Positions 40,530 through 54,397 of a stretch of 64,000 bases of DNA are shown piece by piece. This DNA comes from Octopus vulgaris. Lineage: Eukaryota. The notes beneath the pieces were generated by a model, which ran no database searches, was not told the DNA's origin, and saw only the letters and a list, made by a program, of their open reading frames with translations. The number at the start of each line of letters is the position of its first letter. Position 1 is the first letter of the stretch. The position numbers and the translations under genes are program-made. The stretch spans positions 147,498,001 through 147,562,000 of the forward strand of contig OX597815.1 of NCBI GenBank assembly GCA_951406725.2, written 5' to 3'.

Positions 40530-40935
40530 AGAGTCCATTGCCATCTCAACTCGAACAAAACTCCGCTTTTTAGTTCAAACGTAAAATCTGTGCTTTTTGT
40601 AGGGCTCTGAAACATGGTGAGCCACCTGCAGCAACTACAAGAAGATCCAGACCTTCACCAACAAATATCTCCGGCAGATCCTCCATCTGAATTGGTTCGT
40701 CAGATTGTTAAACACCGACCTGTGAGAAAGGGGTAACTAGGAGCCCATACATGTTCAGATTAGACGAAAGAACTGGATCGGACACACACTGTGAAAATAA
40801 CCCTCAAATGTGACACGACAAGCTCAGGACCACTGGCCTGACATGAGAAGCAATCAAGGAACACGCCATTGACCGCTAAAAGTGGAAAACAACTGTTGAT
40901 ATCCTATGCTCCACAAGGGGCAAAAGTGATTAAGA
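40530..40935 (+). mobile_element. RTE-clade LINE 3' remnant
   Basis: RRKNWIGHTL..PSNVTRQA and a KW...DILCSTRG C-terminal motif, ending at (TA)n. Confidence 0.65.
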
Positions 40936-40960
40936 AGATATATATATATATATATATGTA

Positions 40961-41085
<125 letters not shown>

Positions 41086-42164
41086 TATTGATAGATATAT
41101 ACATATATGTAGTGTAATCGAGCATTAAAAACTGAACATTAAAGATCGAACATTCAAAATAACGAATCATAAAAGAACTAGAACGTACGCATGGGATGTG
41201 TTAGTTTGGCGCTCAGTTAAAGTTAGTAAAAGGGTGTGTTTTCTATGTTTCGAGCATAGCTGTTCGCGAGAAAGAGGAGAAAGGAAAGGTCCAGAGAAAG
41301 AAAACGTTCAGGAAAAGCACGTGACCGGAAGTGGATATGAGTGTGTATTTTTGTGTCTCTCTACGTCCTATCATCATTACCACCACTACCACTTCACAAC
41401 CGAGGTTGGTGTGATTACGCGCACATAATTTAGCGGTACCACCTATATGAGTGATAGGGTCAGTTCTAGGCTTTACAGAAAAGGAACTGGGGTTGATTTG
41501 TTCGACTAAAATTCATCAGAATGGCCGTAGTCCAATGACTGAAAGAGCTTAAAGAAAATAACGTGCTTTAGCATGTGGATATTTAGAGTTGTCTGAATCT
41601 GTGTCTGTGAGAGTTCGCATCCACTCTGCGAGCGTGTCATTGATTACTGTTTATAATAAATCATTTTTCAATCTACCTGTGAACGCAGAAGGCTTATTTT
41701 GTTAGATATATAGTGAAGATGCTCAACGTATCTTTACAAAGATCTGTATTGAGATGCTTTAGCGTTTCCACTTGGCACGTTATGTATTCCGCATGAAATA
41801 TCATATTACTCCGCTTCACTACGGCAAGCGGTGCAGATGTGTGTACGCATGTGAAATTGGCTGTGACATTTTCGGTATTTATCAATTGACTTAATAGGGG
41901 AAATCATTCTAAGAATCTTTAGATAAATAGTGGCATTACAAATATCACTCAGCGATTATTATTAGGATTTTATAGAGATAATTATCTTCCTGTTGAAATC
42001 GAGCTGTGGATTTGAAATATAATTCAGCGAATTTTCTTTGAAGCTTGTTTATATAGTGCCATAGATGGTCATTAAAACTATTCTACCATTCAAATAACGT
42101 TGCGTTCATTGTCATCTATCTGATAAGAAATTTGATGTTGCCGAAGGCATGGATTTAAGGAGGT

Positions 42165-42231
<67 letters not shown>

Positions 42232-42383
42232 CATTATTATTATTGTTGTTGTTGTTGGTAGTGGTGTAGCTGGCAATTCAATTATGGCAATGTGTGATTT
42301 ATTTATGTTTGGGTCTCTAAGCAATGAACTAGACATTTCTCATCACTCTGATTGGATTTGCACGGTCATTTTTATATATCAGG

Positions 42384-42414
<31 letters not shown>

Positions 42415-43411
42415 CTATAGTTTTCCACCAAGTTTGCCATTCACCGATTCAGAAGATATGCAGTCATAATTCTTAAATCACTATATTGTAGCAATAAGTG
42501 GCAATAAAATCCGATTTAAGTCCACCATCAAATTATATTTCTGTACAATATTATTTTAATTGGGATAATAGCGAGGTATTCCTTTGCGATGGTTCTGGCA
42601 GATTGGAATGGAGAATGGGCTAAATTGATAATATCTCGAAGTCGATAATAGCAATATTTAGCGTTCTTTTGTAATGAAAATGAAGCATTTCTTCAATGAC
42701 TAATGAATAATTAATTCCCTCTATCAACCCTATTATATGGAAGATAATTACTTTGTCGACCGCTGAATTCTATAATGCAAAACTGAGATAGGTATGATTT
42801 GAACGATGAATGTAATGGATACGCATATATTTAAGATTAACACGTGTATATTAGATTTCACATATAAGACTTCCTTCAGTTTCGTTCGTCAGTCAATGAT
42901 GGCTTAGAATGTGTAACCTAAGACGACGATCTTCTGATAGACAGAAGAAACGCGTTTTGCAGCAGCGGTGGAAAGAATAAATTAGATTGTAACTCGAAAT
43001 GTTACGCTCGAAATTCTGTGACGAGGAGACCTGAGGTAAGACAGATTAACAAAAATGACTAGTTCGGGAGCAGACAATTTGTATACTTCACATTTAGTAG
43101 TGAGAAGAGAAAATTATTGGATTAAGATTGTTTGAAGAGAAATGATTCGTGATAGATGACAGATCCTTGGGGGCAGTTGCCGAACTGCGCTTGTACAAAA
43201 ATATGATGTGCAGAGGCAGATGATATCATGTAAGGAGAGTCGAGTCTATAAAATCAATGCCAGTTCCTATTTTTGAAATTGGATACTGATACAATCAAAC
43301 ATGATATTTCCGGTGAACAAACAAAGCTGTGAGTTGTCAAACTCAATGAAATGCGTGTACATACATACATACATACATACATACATACATACATACATAC
43401 ATACATACATA

Positions 43412-44190
43412 AGGCGGCGAGCTAGCAGAAACGTTAGCGCGTCGGGCGAAATGCTTGGCGGTATTTCGTCTGCCGTTACGTTCAAATTCCGTCGAGGTCG
43501 ACTTTGCTTTTCATCATTTCGTGGTCGATTAAATAAGTACCAGTTACGCACTGGGGTCGATATAATCGACTTAATCCGTTTTTCTGTCCTTGTTTGTCGT
43601 GTCTGTGTTTAGCCCCTTGTGGGTAGTAAAGAAATAGAAATAGGTATTTCGTCTGCCGCTACGTTCTGAGTTCAAATTCCGCCGAGGTCGACTTTGCTTT
43701 TCATTTTTTCGGGGTCGATTAAATAAGTACCAGTTACGCACTGGGGTCGATATAATCGACTGAATCCGTTTGTCTGTCCTTGTTTGTCTTCTATGTGTTT
43801 AGCCCCTTGTGGGTAGTAAAGAAATAGAAATAGGCAATTCGTCTGCCGCTACGTTCTGAGTTCAAATTCTGCCGAGATTGACTTTGCCTTTCATCCTTTC
43901 GGGGTCGATTAAATAAGTACCAGTTACACATTGGGGTCGATATAATCGACTTAATCCATTTGTCTGTCCTTGTTTGTCCTCTATGTGTTTAGCACCTTGT
44001 GGGTAGTAAAGAAATAGGTATTTCGTCTGCCGCTACGTTCGGAGTTCAAATTCCGCCGAGGTCGACTTTGCCTTTCATCCGTTCGGCATCGATGAATAAA
44101 GTACCAGTTACGCACTGGGGTCGATGTGATCCACTTACCCTTTGTCTTCCCTTGTTTGTTCCCTCAATGTTTAGCCCGTTGTGGGCAATA
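43412..44190 (+). mobile_element. Head-to-tail tetramer of SINE family B
   Basis: One full head followed by units restarting at gtatttcgtctgccg at 43461, 43644, 43834 and 44018 (period 183-190 bp). Confidence 0.9.
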
Positions 44191-44353
44191 TATACATACA
44201 TACGTACATACAGAAATATATACATACATACGTACATACATGCATACATGCATACATACATGCATGCATACATACATGCATACATGCATACATACATGCA
44301 TACATGCATACATACGTACATACATACGTGCGTACGTACATACACAAATATAC

Positions 44354-44384
<31 letters not shown>

Positions 44385-45324
44385 GAGAGAGTATGAGAGA
44401 TAAAAAGAGAAATTTAGAGAGAAACACAGACACACACACACCCATATATAACAAATACAGGTACAACAAAAACAATCGTTGAGAGAAAGCTGTGTTGAAA
44501 GAGTAGAGCGTGGTTCGCTACCATACCCTGCCTGAACTTAATGGACCTTTAGGTATTTTCGCTAAATGGACACACACAACGACCGGTCTGGGAATCGAAA
44601 CCGCGAGTCCGTTGCCCCAACCACTGGGTCATTGCGCATACTCACACACACACTCATGCACACACATATATATATATTCATTTACTTTCTCCAGACTACC
44701 ATCTGTATGCCTTTCCTATTTATTATGACGTACAATCTCTCTCAATGACCAATGCATATGTGGTCGTATTTGTACGTATTTCTGAGTATGTCAGCTGATA
44801 TAGATCTATATGGAAGCACATATGAGTATTAAGTGTATGTTGCACTCCATACTTAAAAGAAACTAAAATTTTAATAATTTTAAAATGTCATGTGAACAAC
44901 GGAATAAAAATTACGATGCAAATACAAGCAAATAAATGCTTTTTCTACAAACTAATACCACAATGCTTAACGCTAAACTGATAATAGAACAGTAGTTGAA
45001 GATACACAATGAGATATTGGTAAACACACAGAAAGGAGACATAGAGACAGAACTGTACGTTTGCTTATATGTGCGCGGCTACGAGTTCAGGACTATAATT
45101 TATTCAAATTAGTTTATTATTCCTTTGATTTACGAGGCAAGTTTCTGAATTGTGTTTTAACGTCAGTAAAACATTCATATTTATATATTAATGTTGATGT
45201 TTTCATATACGTTTATGCAACCGTTTCATTCTTACTCTCTTCAATCAATGCTTCTCTCCCCTCTCCCTGTTCTTTTTCTATATATATATGAACTATATAT
45301 ACATGCGCATATACAACCATATAA

Positions 45325-45424
<100 letters not shown>

Positions 45425-45443
45425 GTCTATATATACAAGCCTA

Positions 45444-45474
<31 letters not shown>

Positions 45475-47359
45475 GTTTGTGACGAAGAATGGATAACGGG
45501 AGAGCTAAGACAAATCAGAAATTTACCTAATTTACTGAATGCTTTTGCTTAGAGCTGTACTTTCCCCTCAACAATAACTCAGTTCTCTCAGGAATATGCC
45601 TAAAGAAATATTTTATTCATCTGCAAGCGGCAGGCAATCACATGTGCACAACATTGAAATCAGCGCAACATAGATTTCAACACTACCGTTGCATGATGCA
45701 CGCATGCTTATAATAAATATATCTGAATCAGAAGGAACATTTTAAAACGTGTTTCCGCTTTGTTTTCCCGTCTTAATCTTTTGTTTCCTTGGTCTAATTT
45801 TAACTGACATCCCGACTTAACTATAGAAGTGCTTTCAATCTTCCTCTTACGTTTTAGTGTCATCGTAACACTGTGTTACCGTGCATTCTATATTACTAAC
45901 TCGTATATGCCGACATTCACTAGGTTAGCAACATAGGAAATAATATAGAAATCGTTAAACCGGTAGAAGTGGGAGTTTCCTTCACTTAGAAGAAATATTG
46001 GTTATGACATATTCTATATATATTGACGTTAAATATGCATTTTTGAGATTCATAAACTAATGCGTATATTGATTTGAATAAACATAGAGAATGTTTGTTA
46101 CAATAAAATTGTATACACACAGTCATTTATAAAATATATAAATACATTGGAGTATGTTAAAAAATATTTTACTGTATTTAGTATATTTAGGCGCAAATGT
46201 ATATGGTGTCTCAGTCCTTACTTCTCTTCAATATTTGTTGATTTTTCAGTATTCTCTCAAATCCTCAACATTATGTCAAGTGAAGAACAAATAGATTTCT
46301 GGAGAAAACGCGCGTTCCTTTTTTTTATTATGAATATTATTTAGCAATACTGAGAATTAATAGAATTTTTGATAATTGCTTTTCAATAAGTACATTGATA
46401 ATATTATATTGTTTAAAGAAGGTAAGGCAATACTTTATGATGTATATTCATACCAAATGTCTGGCGCTTTATATAATGAAACAAGTATGTGTCAAGAAAA
46501 AGTAAGTGCTACACAAACGTAGATTGTCAGCACTGAAATGAATTCATATTCACAATGGTCTGCTGCAGGAATGTGTTTTGACACATCTGTTTGCTGATTT
46601 AATATAACAAAACACTTCACGAAAGAAACCTCGCAACTATCTATTGTCTGCAATTCCGATGTTTCATTTTTAAACAAATCAATGTCACTCATTTGATCTC
46701 CGTCTCAAAACTACTTCCATCAGTTTATTTAAATTCTCAGTTTCTTTCGCAAATGTTTATGATTCCAACCCACACCTTCCAGGAAATGTGAAAGTATTTT
46801 TAGGCTGTACAAACTTTGGGTATACAATACAGTATATTGTTCCGAACAGGCCCTTACCTACCTAAGATTCAAACGCATACATGGGAGTTGAGCCAGAATG
46901 TGTTGGTTAGATAATATTTTCACTTTCAATTGGTCATGCTTGAGTATCTAACAGGAAAGTGTAATGATGGTTGTTTCAGATAAGATCCCATTGAGGAGTT
47001 ACTTGAATACCCTAACCACACGACTGCTCCAGATAGTGGGTAACCAACTATTTTTGTCGTCCAATATTATGAAGGGAAAAAGAAATAGATTTATGTGTGT
47101 TCATAACATTACACAATAATCCTTTGTAATATGTGTACACGGCCTGAGATCTGGTTGAGGAGCTAGTCGATTACATCAGTCCTGGTGAGTAACCGGTATT
47201 TATTCCATCGATTCAGAAAACATGATGAGCAAAGTCGACCTCGGCGTATTTGAACTCTGAGATAGGAAAAAGGTTTGAAATGTTGCAAAGCATTTTCTCC
47301 GCCATGCTGACAATTTTGCCAGCTTGGAGACCAAAAAAAGTTACACAATAATAATATTG

Positions 47360-47615
47360 AAGTGACGTCGATGGCGCAAGCGGAGAGAGAAATATTCGAA
47401 GGCTTGTACCACCGAACAGTTAGTCAGATCTGGCTGCTGGAAGTGAAACTTCAACGAAGTTGGGTCTAGAGAGGGCGTGGGCCAAAAATACGCACCCTGC
47501 TCCTCCATTGGTCAGTTGAAGCTGAGATTGTGCCACGTGACAGTTACCTATTGCTGGCTGCTGGAAACTACCGGCGAGTATTTAAAGGGAAATTTGGCAG
47601 GGTGGTCATTCGCCC
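47360..47615 (+). promoter_or_regulatory. Candidate RNA Pol II promoter (CRE-like, GC box, CCAAT, E-box, TATA, Inr)
   Basis: TGACGTCG 47363, GGGCGTGG 47473, ATTGG 47507, CACGTG 47534, TATTTAAA 47579 and TCATTC 47606-47611, with the Inr A 29 nt after the TATA T. The region is locally GC/CpG-richer and non-repetitive. Confidence 0.65.
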
Positions 47616-48792
47616 GCTAACATTTGTTGACACTGCATCGAAGAATCGAAATAGCAAGAGGCTGAATAAAAAAAGGAAAAAAAAACGCACTGAACACCAA
47701 AGCTGAAGATACCTCCGAAAGTGTCGGGGAGAGACTCCACGTCGAAAACAGTAGAGGAGTAGGGGCAGAAACCGGGCGTGGCTGCGCCTGATGATAACCG
47801 TAGACACTGGATGCTATAAATGAGCTGTTGAGGTAGCGAACCACAAAACGTGTTTGGAATTCCTATCACGTTCACATAAAGTTTGAGCCAAATACTTTCA
47901 TCATACTTGTATTCCACTAAAATAAACGGATATTTAGAAAATGTATTCCATAAAATGATCGAGAAGGCCAAAGAAGCAACGGAAATGCTTTCAAAAATCA
48001 AATAATAAATAATACAAAAAAATCTTAAGGGAAAGAATTATTTTGCGATGTGGAAGAGAGTCACATCTTAAAGATGTTTAAGATTCTTTGAAAACAAAGA
48101 AGGAATTGTGAATTGTGAATGTAGAATGGTGTGACAATTTGTGTGAAATGTGGCTGGTGGAAAGAAAATCTCTAGTTGTAACAGAATCATATTACTGACT
48201 AAATATATTTAGGATCAAAAGTATCTGGCCACTCAGTGGTTACGAAACCTATAAAACAGGAACATCATTCAATAATATATATTGTGCAAAGCAGAGGAGT
48301 GGGTCAAAAGTATAAGATGCGGAGTTAATCTTAGCTATATCACGTGCTTCAATCAAAACTGAAAGACTGCAAATCCACGGAGAATTAAATTAATATCGGA
48401 TGATGTTTGAGATATAAAGTCACTTATTGCTAATTGCTCAAATACATTGCAGGAGAAAAAAAAGAAATCACAAAGAAGTGAAGTCAATGACAGATGTTCA
48501 GGATAGAGATGATTGACCAAAATAAGTGGACGGTTTATTGATCAGCAACGCAGGAATTGATAATAATAACACGTGAAGTATATAGGAAAGGCAATTATAA
48601 CATTCAGTATATAAAATACACAACCATGCACATACGTATATTTCTGAGAAAATGCTTCAAATATTATAGATTTTTAACAATGAAAACAACTGAAGTATCA
48701 TGTATAAATTCAATGTTTACTAGTGTTATAAATGCTAAATATAACTTCTCTTCTAAAAAATGTCATGATATAAGTTTTATTAATTCCATGTG

Positions 48793-48902
<110 letters not shown>

Positions 48903-48938
48903 ATATATCAAAATAAGCAACAAGGATATCTAGAGGTA

Positions 48939-49010
48939 ATGCCGTACAATCGTTTCATGCAACTCCATTTAATTGATCAATTAAAAATGTAGAAAAATCT
49001 TCAGCTGCAC
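48939..49010 (-). ncRNA. Degenerate type I hammerhead motif
   Basis: - strand: gtgcag CTGAAGA ... gcat GAAAC gatt GTA cggcat. Stem II is poorly paired. It lies in a ~230-bp insert between (TA)n tracts. Confidence 0.5.
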
Positions 49011-49135
49011 AAAGACATATAATTTAATTAAATTAGAACAGAAGGACACATTTGTATAATTTCACTGAAGATCTCCAAGAAGTTAAGGAGATAGGCAAAG
49101 AAAATGTTGTACCTACAACATCATAGTTCTAACTT

Positions 49136-49227
<92 letters not shown>

Positions 49228-49234
49228 TATATAT

Positions 49235-50363
49235 TGTTACGAGGGGTGGGACCTCCGATTCGAACTGTTACGGAATCCCTCACACCCAGGCCCGTTCGAT
49301 GCAGCGAATGTTTTCGCCACGGAAACTCGTCGGAGAGGAGAGAGAGATACAACAACAACAACAGCAGCAGCAGCACAGAGGCAATCGAGAGAGGCACAAA
49401 GAGGCAAGACACAACTGGCTTACATTTAACAACTAGTTTATATGAAAATCAATTGTTACAACATCAAATACATTTCAGATACATTTAAAAGAGGACATGC
49501 ACGTGACAACTCAATACATCATACAGGTATACCACAGATCAAAGCATTTAAACATACAAGTAACAATATAACCGTCCGGTAACACAGTTCTATTTCAAAA
49601 CACATCAACAAGTCATATACAGTTCAAAGGACATTACAGGCCTAACAGTTCAATGTTCATTATACAATGTTCAAATCACAACACTGTACACAATGTCTTT
49701 ACACAATTCACATTGTTCTTTTCACTGTCTCATTTCTTTTCACTGTCTCATTTCTTTTCACTGTTCAATACATCAATTCCTTGTCCTTCTTTTTCTTCAC
49801 ATATCAATACACAATTCACGTACCTTAATTCCTAATTAGAATAGCCAGTGTCCCATATTGTAGTTCCTCTCTCTCAGTACTGCTAGCCCCAACTTGCCAA
49901 ACTCTTGCCCCGAATTCCCAAATCCTCGCTCCTAAAATTCCAACTGCTCGCTTTGAAACCGAAATCCGACTGTCCGCTTTGACGACCGAATACCGACTGT
50001 CCCTCTATCACTACCCTCCATCTGTCTCTTAGCACTTATACTCTCTCTATCCCGCCTGGTCCTATGTCCCTATCTTTATCGACGCTGTCACTGTCATCCT
50101 CTCCCCTAGTTCTCAGATTAATTACTCTGTCTGTCTCACTACTTATATTCTCTCTATCTTCACTGTCACTAGATTCTTCCTTACTCTATCTTCCTCGGCC
50201 CTCACATCTCTCTGACCCCTAATCGACCGGCACAAGGCCAAAGGTCCCTCCAAAAGCCATTACTCTCCCAGTAAACAAAGGGCTGTAGCTTTTTACTCCA
50301 GACCTGCAGGCGTCACTCCCAACAAAGTGGGTCAAGAAATACTGTACCAGCCAAACCATAACA
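49235..50363 (-). mobile_element. Solo LTR (Gypsy-like), 1129 bp
   Basis: TGTTA...TAACA inverted termini and ATAT on both flanks (49231-49234, 50364-50367). It is non-coding, with internal short repeats (ccgactgtcc). Orientation is tentative. Confidence 0.7.
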
Positions 50364-50593
50364 ATATATATAAATAATGACTCATTTTGACTGTGGAAGC
50401 CAAAGTACTGTATTGCATTCTTAATGCCGTAAGAAGGGTGCAATAATATACACTGAGAGGGGAGATAACTATTATAGCATTAACAATTGTTAATTATTGT
50501 TTCTTGCAATATGGTTGATTCGGCACCCTCAGTCACAATTAATAACGATTAAATTTTTCCTTTAGAGTGTTATATTACAACTAGCTGTTTATA

Positions 50594-50817
50594 TCAACCC
50601 ATTAAGTCCCAAGGTACTTAAATTTCTGAACATTATATTTTTTTACGAATGATTGGAATTAGGTTAAAATGTAAAAAAATACTAAAACTCCTTTACTTCA
50701 AGTAGAAATAGAAACACTCGCTGTCCTATAAATAGAACACTGAGAAAATTTGTTACAGTTTATTTAATGTTTTCATTTAGTGTCCTATTTATAGGACAAT
50801 GGAACTTAATGGGTTAA
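50594..50817. mobile_element. piggyBac-like MITE
   Basis: tcaa-CCCATTAAGTCCCA ... TGGAACTTAATGGG-ttaa terminal inverted repeats with TTAA-like flanks, plus an internal inverted repeat tgtcctataaatag/ctatttataggaca. Confidence 0.7.
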
Positions 50818-51674
50818 TTCTCAGTATATACATTGACATTTCGCTTAATCAGTCACAAATATTCATGGTAAAAGTATATATGTTGAGAGTCGGATTTAGC
50901 CAAAATCATCTAGAAACCTACGCTTAATAAGCGAAACTGGTTTAGTGTAGTGACCCTAGAGACAATCAGAGGACTGTTATCTGCCCTGTCAGTGTCAGTG
51001 TATATATATTGCACGCTACTTACAACATTAAGAGTTTTTAACACTTATTTCTTGCAATATAGGTATGCCGGCTGCCTTAGTCACAATTAGTAAAGATAAA
51101 AGTTTTCCTTTATGGTGCTACAATGCGCCAAGCCGTTGTATCTATTATATACGTGTGTGTGTTTATTCCATGTTATGTTATATATATATGTATGTATGCC
51201 TGCGAGTGTGTGTGTGTGTGTGTGTGTGTTCATTCCATGTATTATATTTTATTATATTTTATATATATAATGATATGTAAATGTAACATCCAAATATCCA
51301 GGTGTAGGACGTTTGTAAGCATCGGGCAGTCCGTAGAAATTATAAAAAACAGCTTTTTTAAAAACTACATTTATATTTTCTTTACCTTGTGATCTCTGTG
51401 TATCTTCCTCTCTACAAATGAGAATATGCAAGTAGGATACAACAGACGCAGAGTAACATTACCTGCATGTGCGCCAATACGCTGTACGTATAATTTTACT
51501 GTGATAAACCATCATTTTGCCTAGAACTATGTAATACTATTGCTCCCTGTTTCTGCTTTTCTTCTAGCAAACTCACCTTACTACCCTTCCTATTTCTTTC
51601 TCTTCCTCTTCTACTCCTGACGAATTTACCTCTAAAATTCTACGTTTCTTTCTATTGATTCTGTTTATATATAT

Positions 51675-52177
51675 ATATTATATTAAATTAGAGATAAAAC
51701 CACTATTAGGCAAATCATACAATGAAAAACTTAAGCCAATACATAATATTAATTAATTTATATTATTTAAATATATATCAAAATTATTAAAAAAGATAAT
51801 TAATATAATACTACGATCGTTTCATGGCTGTTCAATTCTTAAAAATTTCGAGTTACAGTCATTCTTCAGGTGGTTTAAATATTTGACTTGGCAAGGTTTA
51901 AACAATGAACCAAAATTTTGAATCAAAAAAGTTTTTTGAACAGCCATGAAACGACCGTAGTGTTATATTAATTATCTTTTTTAATAATTTTGATATATAT
52001 TTAAATAAAATAAATTAATTAATCTTATGTATTGGCTTAAGATTTTCATTGTATGATGGGCCTAATAGTGGTTTTATCTCTAATTTTATATAATATAATA
52101 TTTTACTATAAAATTGGATTCAATCCTAAATCTGATTTTTCCGTGTAAGTTTGGATTTATTCCCTAATATTTTATTA

Positions 52178-52180
<3 letters not shown>
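51675..52180. mobile_element. Palindromic Penelope-type element (family H4) with hammerhead
   Basis: Inverted arms ~51677-51835 and ~51935-52095. On the - strand, 51808-51875 reads ccac CTGAAGA atgactgt...acagccat GAAAC gatc GTA gt. The + arm keeps only the GAAAC-gacc-GTA half. Confidence 0.8.
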
Positions 52181-52227
<47 letters not shown>

Positions 52228-52404
52228 TATATCGGTAGCCGCTACACACATTTTTCTCTCCTTGTTTTTTCTGTGTCCCTTTCTGTAGAAGAGCGTAGGC
52301 TCGAAATGTAAAAGACTTTTTCAATTCCTGAGCGTTACACTTATACATCTGTTTCGTTTTACACCACCTGTCTTCGTCTTTTGTTTTTTTGTGAACTCTT
52401 GATA

Positions 52405-52446
<42 letters not shown>

Positions 52447-52660
52447 GTTGAAACACTCCTGTCACAACCTGGAAACTTGAAGACTGATTTAATGCAAGAA
52501 AGTACACTAGTCCCTTAATATTTTATATCCAATAAGGCAATCAATACTTCATTTCATTTTACTATATATACTATTTATACTATATATTGTATATTCTACA
52601 TTAATATTATAAGGAATATAAATAAAACATAAAAAAACAGACATATTTGGAATTCCTTTG

Positions 52661-52698
<38 letters not shown>

Positions 52699-52830
52699 AA
52701 TGATTGATCTCAGCCTTATATTTACAAAGACCTTTCCCAAGTTTCTTACAAATGAACCAAAACATCCTCCGTCGTCCCCTTTTCCTTTTCTTTATTATTA
52801 ACAAATATAGACAATTGCCCACTCCCATAC

Positions 52831-53115
52831 CTTATTCAAACATATGTTTTTCCATATTGTTCTCTCACTCCGCGATTTGCCACTCATTTTCGATCAAATC
52901 TCCTGTGAGTTAACTTGGGATCATTTGACGGCAATGTAAGCTTTAACTATCTACGGCTTGATGTAAACTTTAACTACCTTATTCAAACATATTTTTCGAT
53001 ATTGTTCTCTCACTCCGAGCTTTGCTATTCGCTTTCGATCAGATCTCTTGCGAGTTAACTTCGGATCATTCGATGACAACGCAACTTTTAACTATTTTCG
53101 GCCTGATGGATAGCT
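52831..53115. repeat. Diverged 2 x ~147-bp tandem duplication
   Basis: ttattcaaacatat...atattgttctctcactccg...gagttaactt.ggatcatt begins at ~52832 and again at ~52979. Confidence 0.8.
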
Positions 53116-53850
53116 AGTGGAGTACCCCTTGTTGAATAGTTCTGTTAGCTACGAAACATATGTAGCCACGATGTTACCCGCTCGTCCTTTACTTTGGATA
53201 TATATATATACATCAAGAAAATACATCTACATGGGCGGCTATAAATTTGTTTCCTTCTTTGAACTTTTTCCTTTTCCTTTCACCTTTCCAACAAAGAGTT
53301 ATGCCCGAAACGTCAAAAACTCTCTCATTTTTACTAAACGACATACTAAAACATTCCATGTGCACGCCCCCTAGTTCTTTGTTACTATTATTTTTCACGT
53401 TGTTGATTCGTTTTGACTGTATATATATGTAGTAAGTAATACATCTTATGGTATCCACTTAGTAGTTTGCTGCTAAAGCATGTTCGCTGGCTTAGTGTTT
53501 CGTTGGGTATGTAATTAATAAGAGAGACGGAATATAGAAGATAAAGGAATACTTATTGTTCACTTCAATTATTTCGACCCATCAAGCATCAATCCCACGC
53601 GTGTGAGATATTTCAAAACTGTATCTCGTTAAAATAGACTGTTTTGCACAACTTATTACTGCATGTTTTCTTCTTGAACTTCGCAAATTATATATATAAA
53701 TTTTTCTCTCCTTTTTTCTCTCCTCGTTTCTCTCCTTGTTTTTTCTGTGTCCCTTTCTGTAGAAGAGCGTAGTCTCGAAACGTAAAAAACTTTTTCTCTT
53801 CCTGAGCGGTATACTAATACATCTGTTTGTTTTGTACACCACCTGCCTTC

Positions 53851-53901
<51 letters not shown>

Positions 53902-54329
53902 CACACACACATATATATATAAACTCACTCACATTTCGTTCATAGTTACATAATTTCATTCACACACGATGTTTCTTTGCTTTCAGTTTGCTTTCATTCT
54001 GAATAAAAACTAAAGATAGATTTTAAGATTTAGTAGATTTAGTGAGAAACTTATATTTTTCTTTTCAATAAATTCAATTCCTTGAACAATGACTGCCATT
54101 GTGGTTTCCTAGAGGATCGTTCATTTGGGAATATGTCTGTATGTTACATAATCTTATATGTATACCCTTGACATTTGTATGGAAAGTAATATTCTTCCAC
54201 ATCATCAATGTGGCGCTGTGATCAGTCTATGATAGCAAATATAACTTAGAAGCGTCTACGTAAAAATGATATGCAAGACATTTCAAAAGACACACCCACA
54301 CACACCTATAAGCATACATAATCACACAT

Positions 54330-54397
<68 letters not shown>

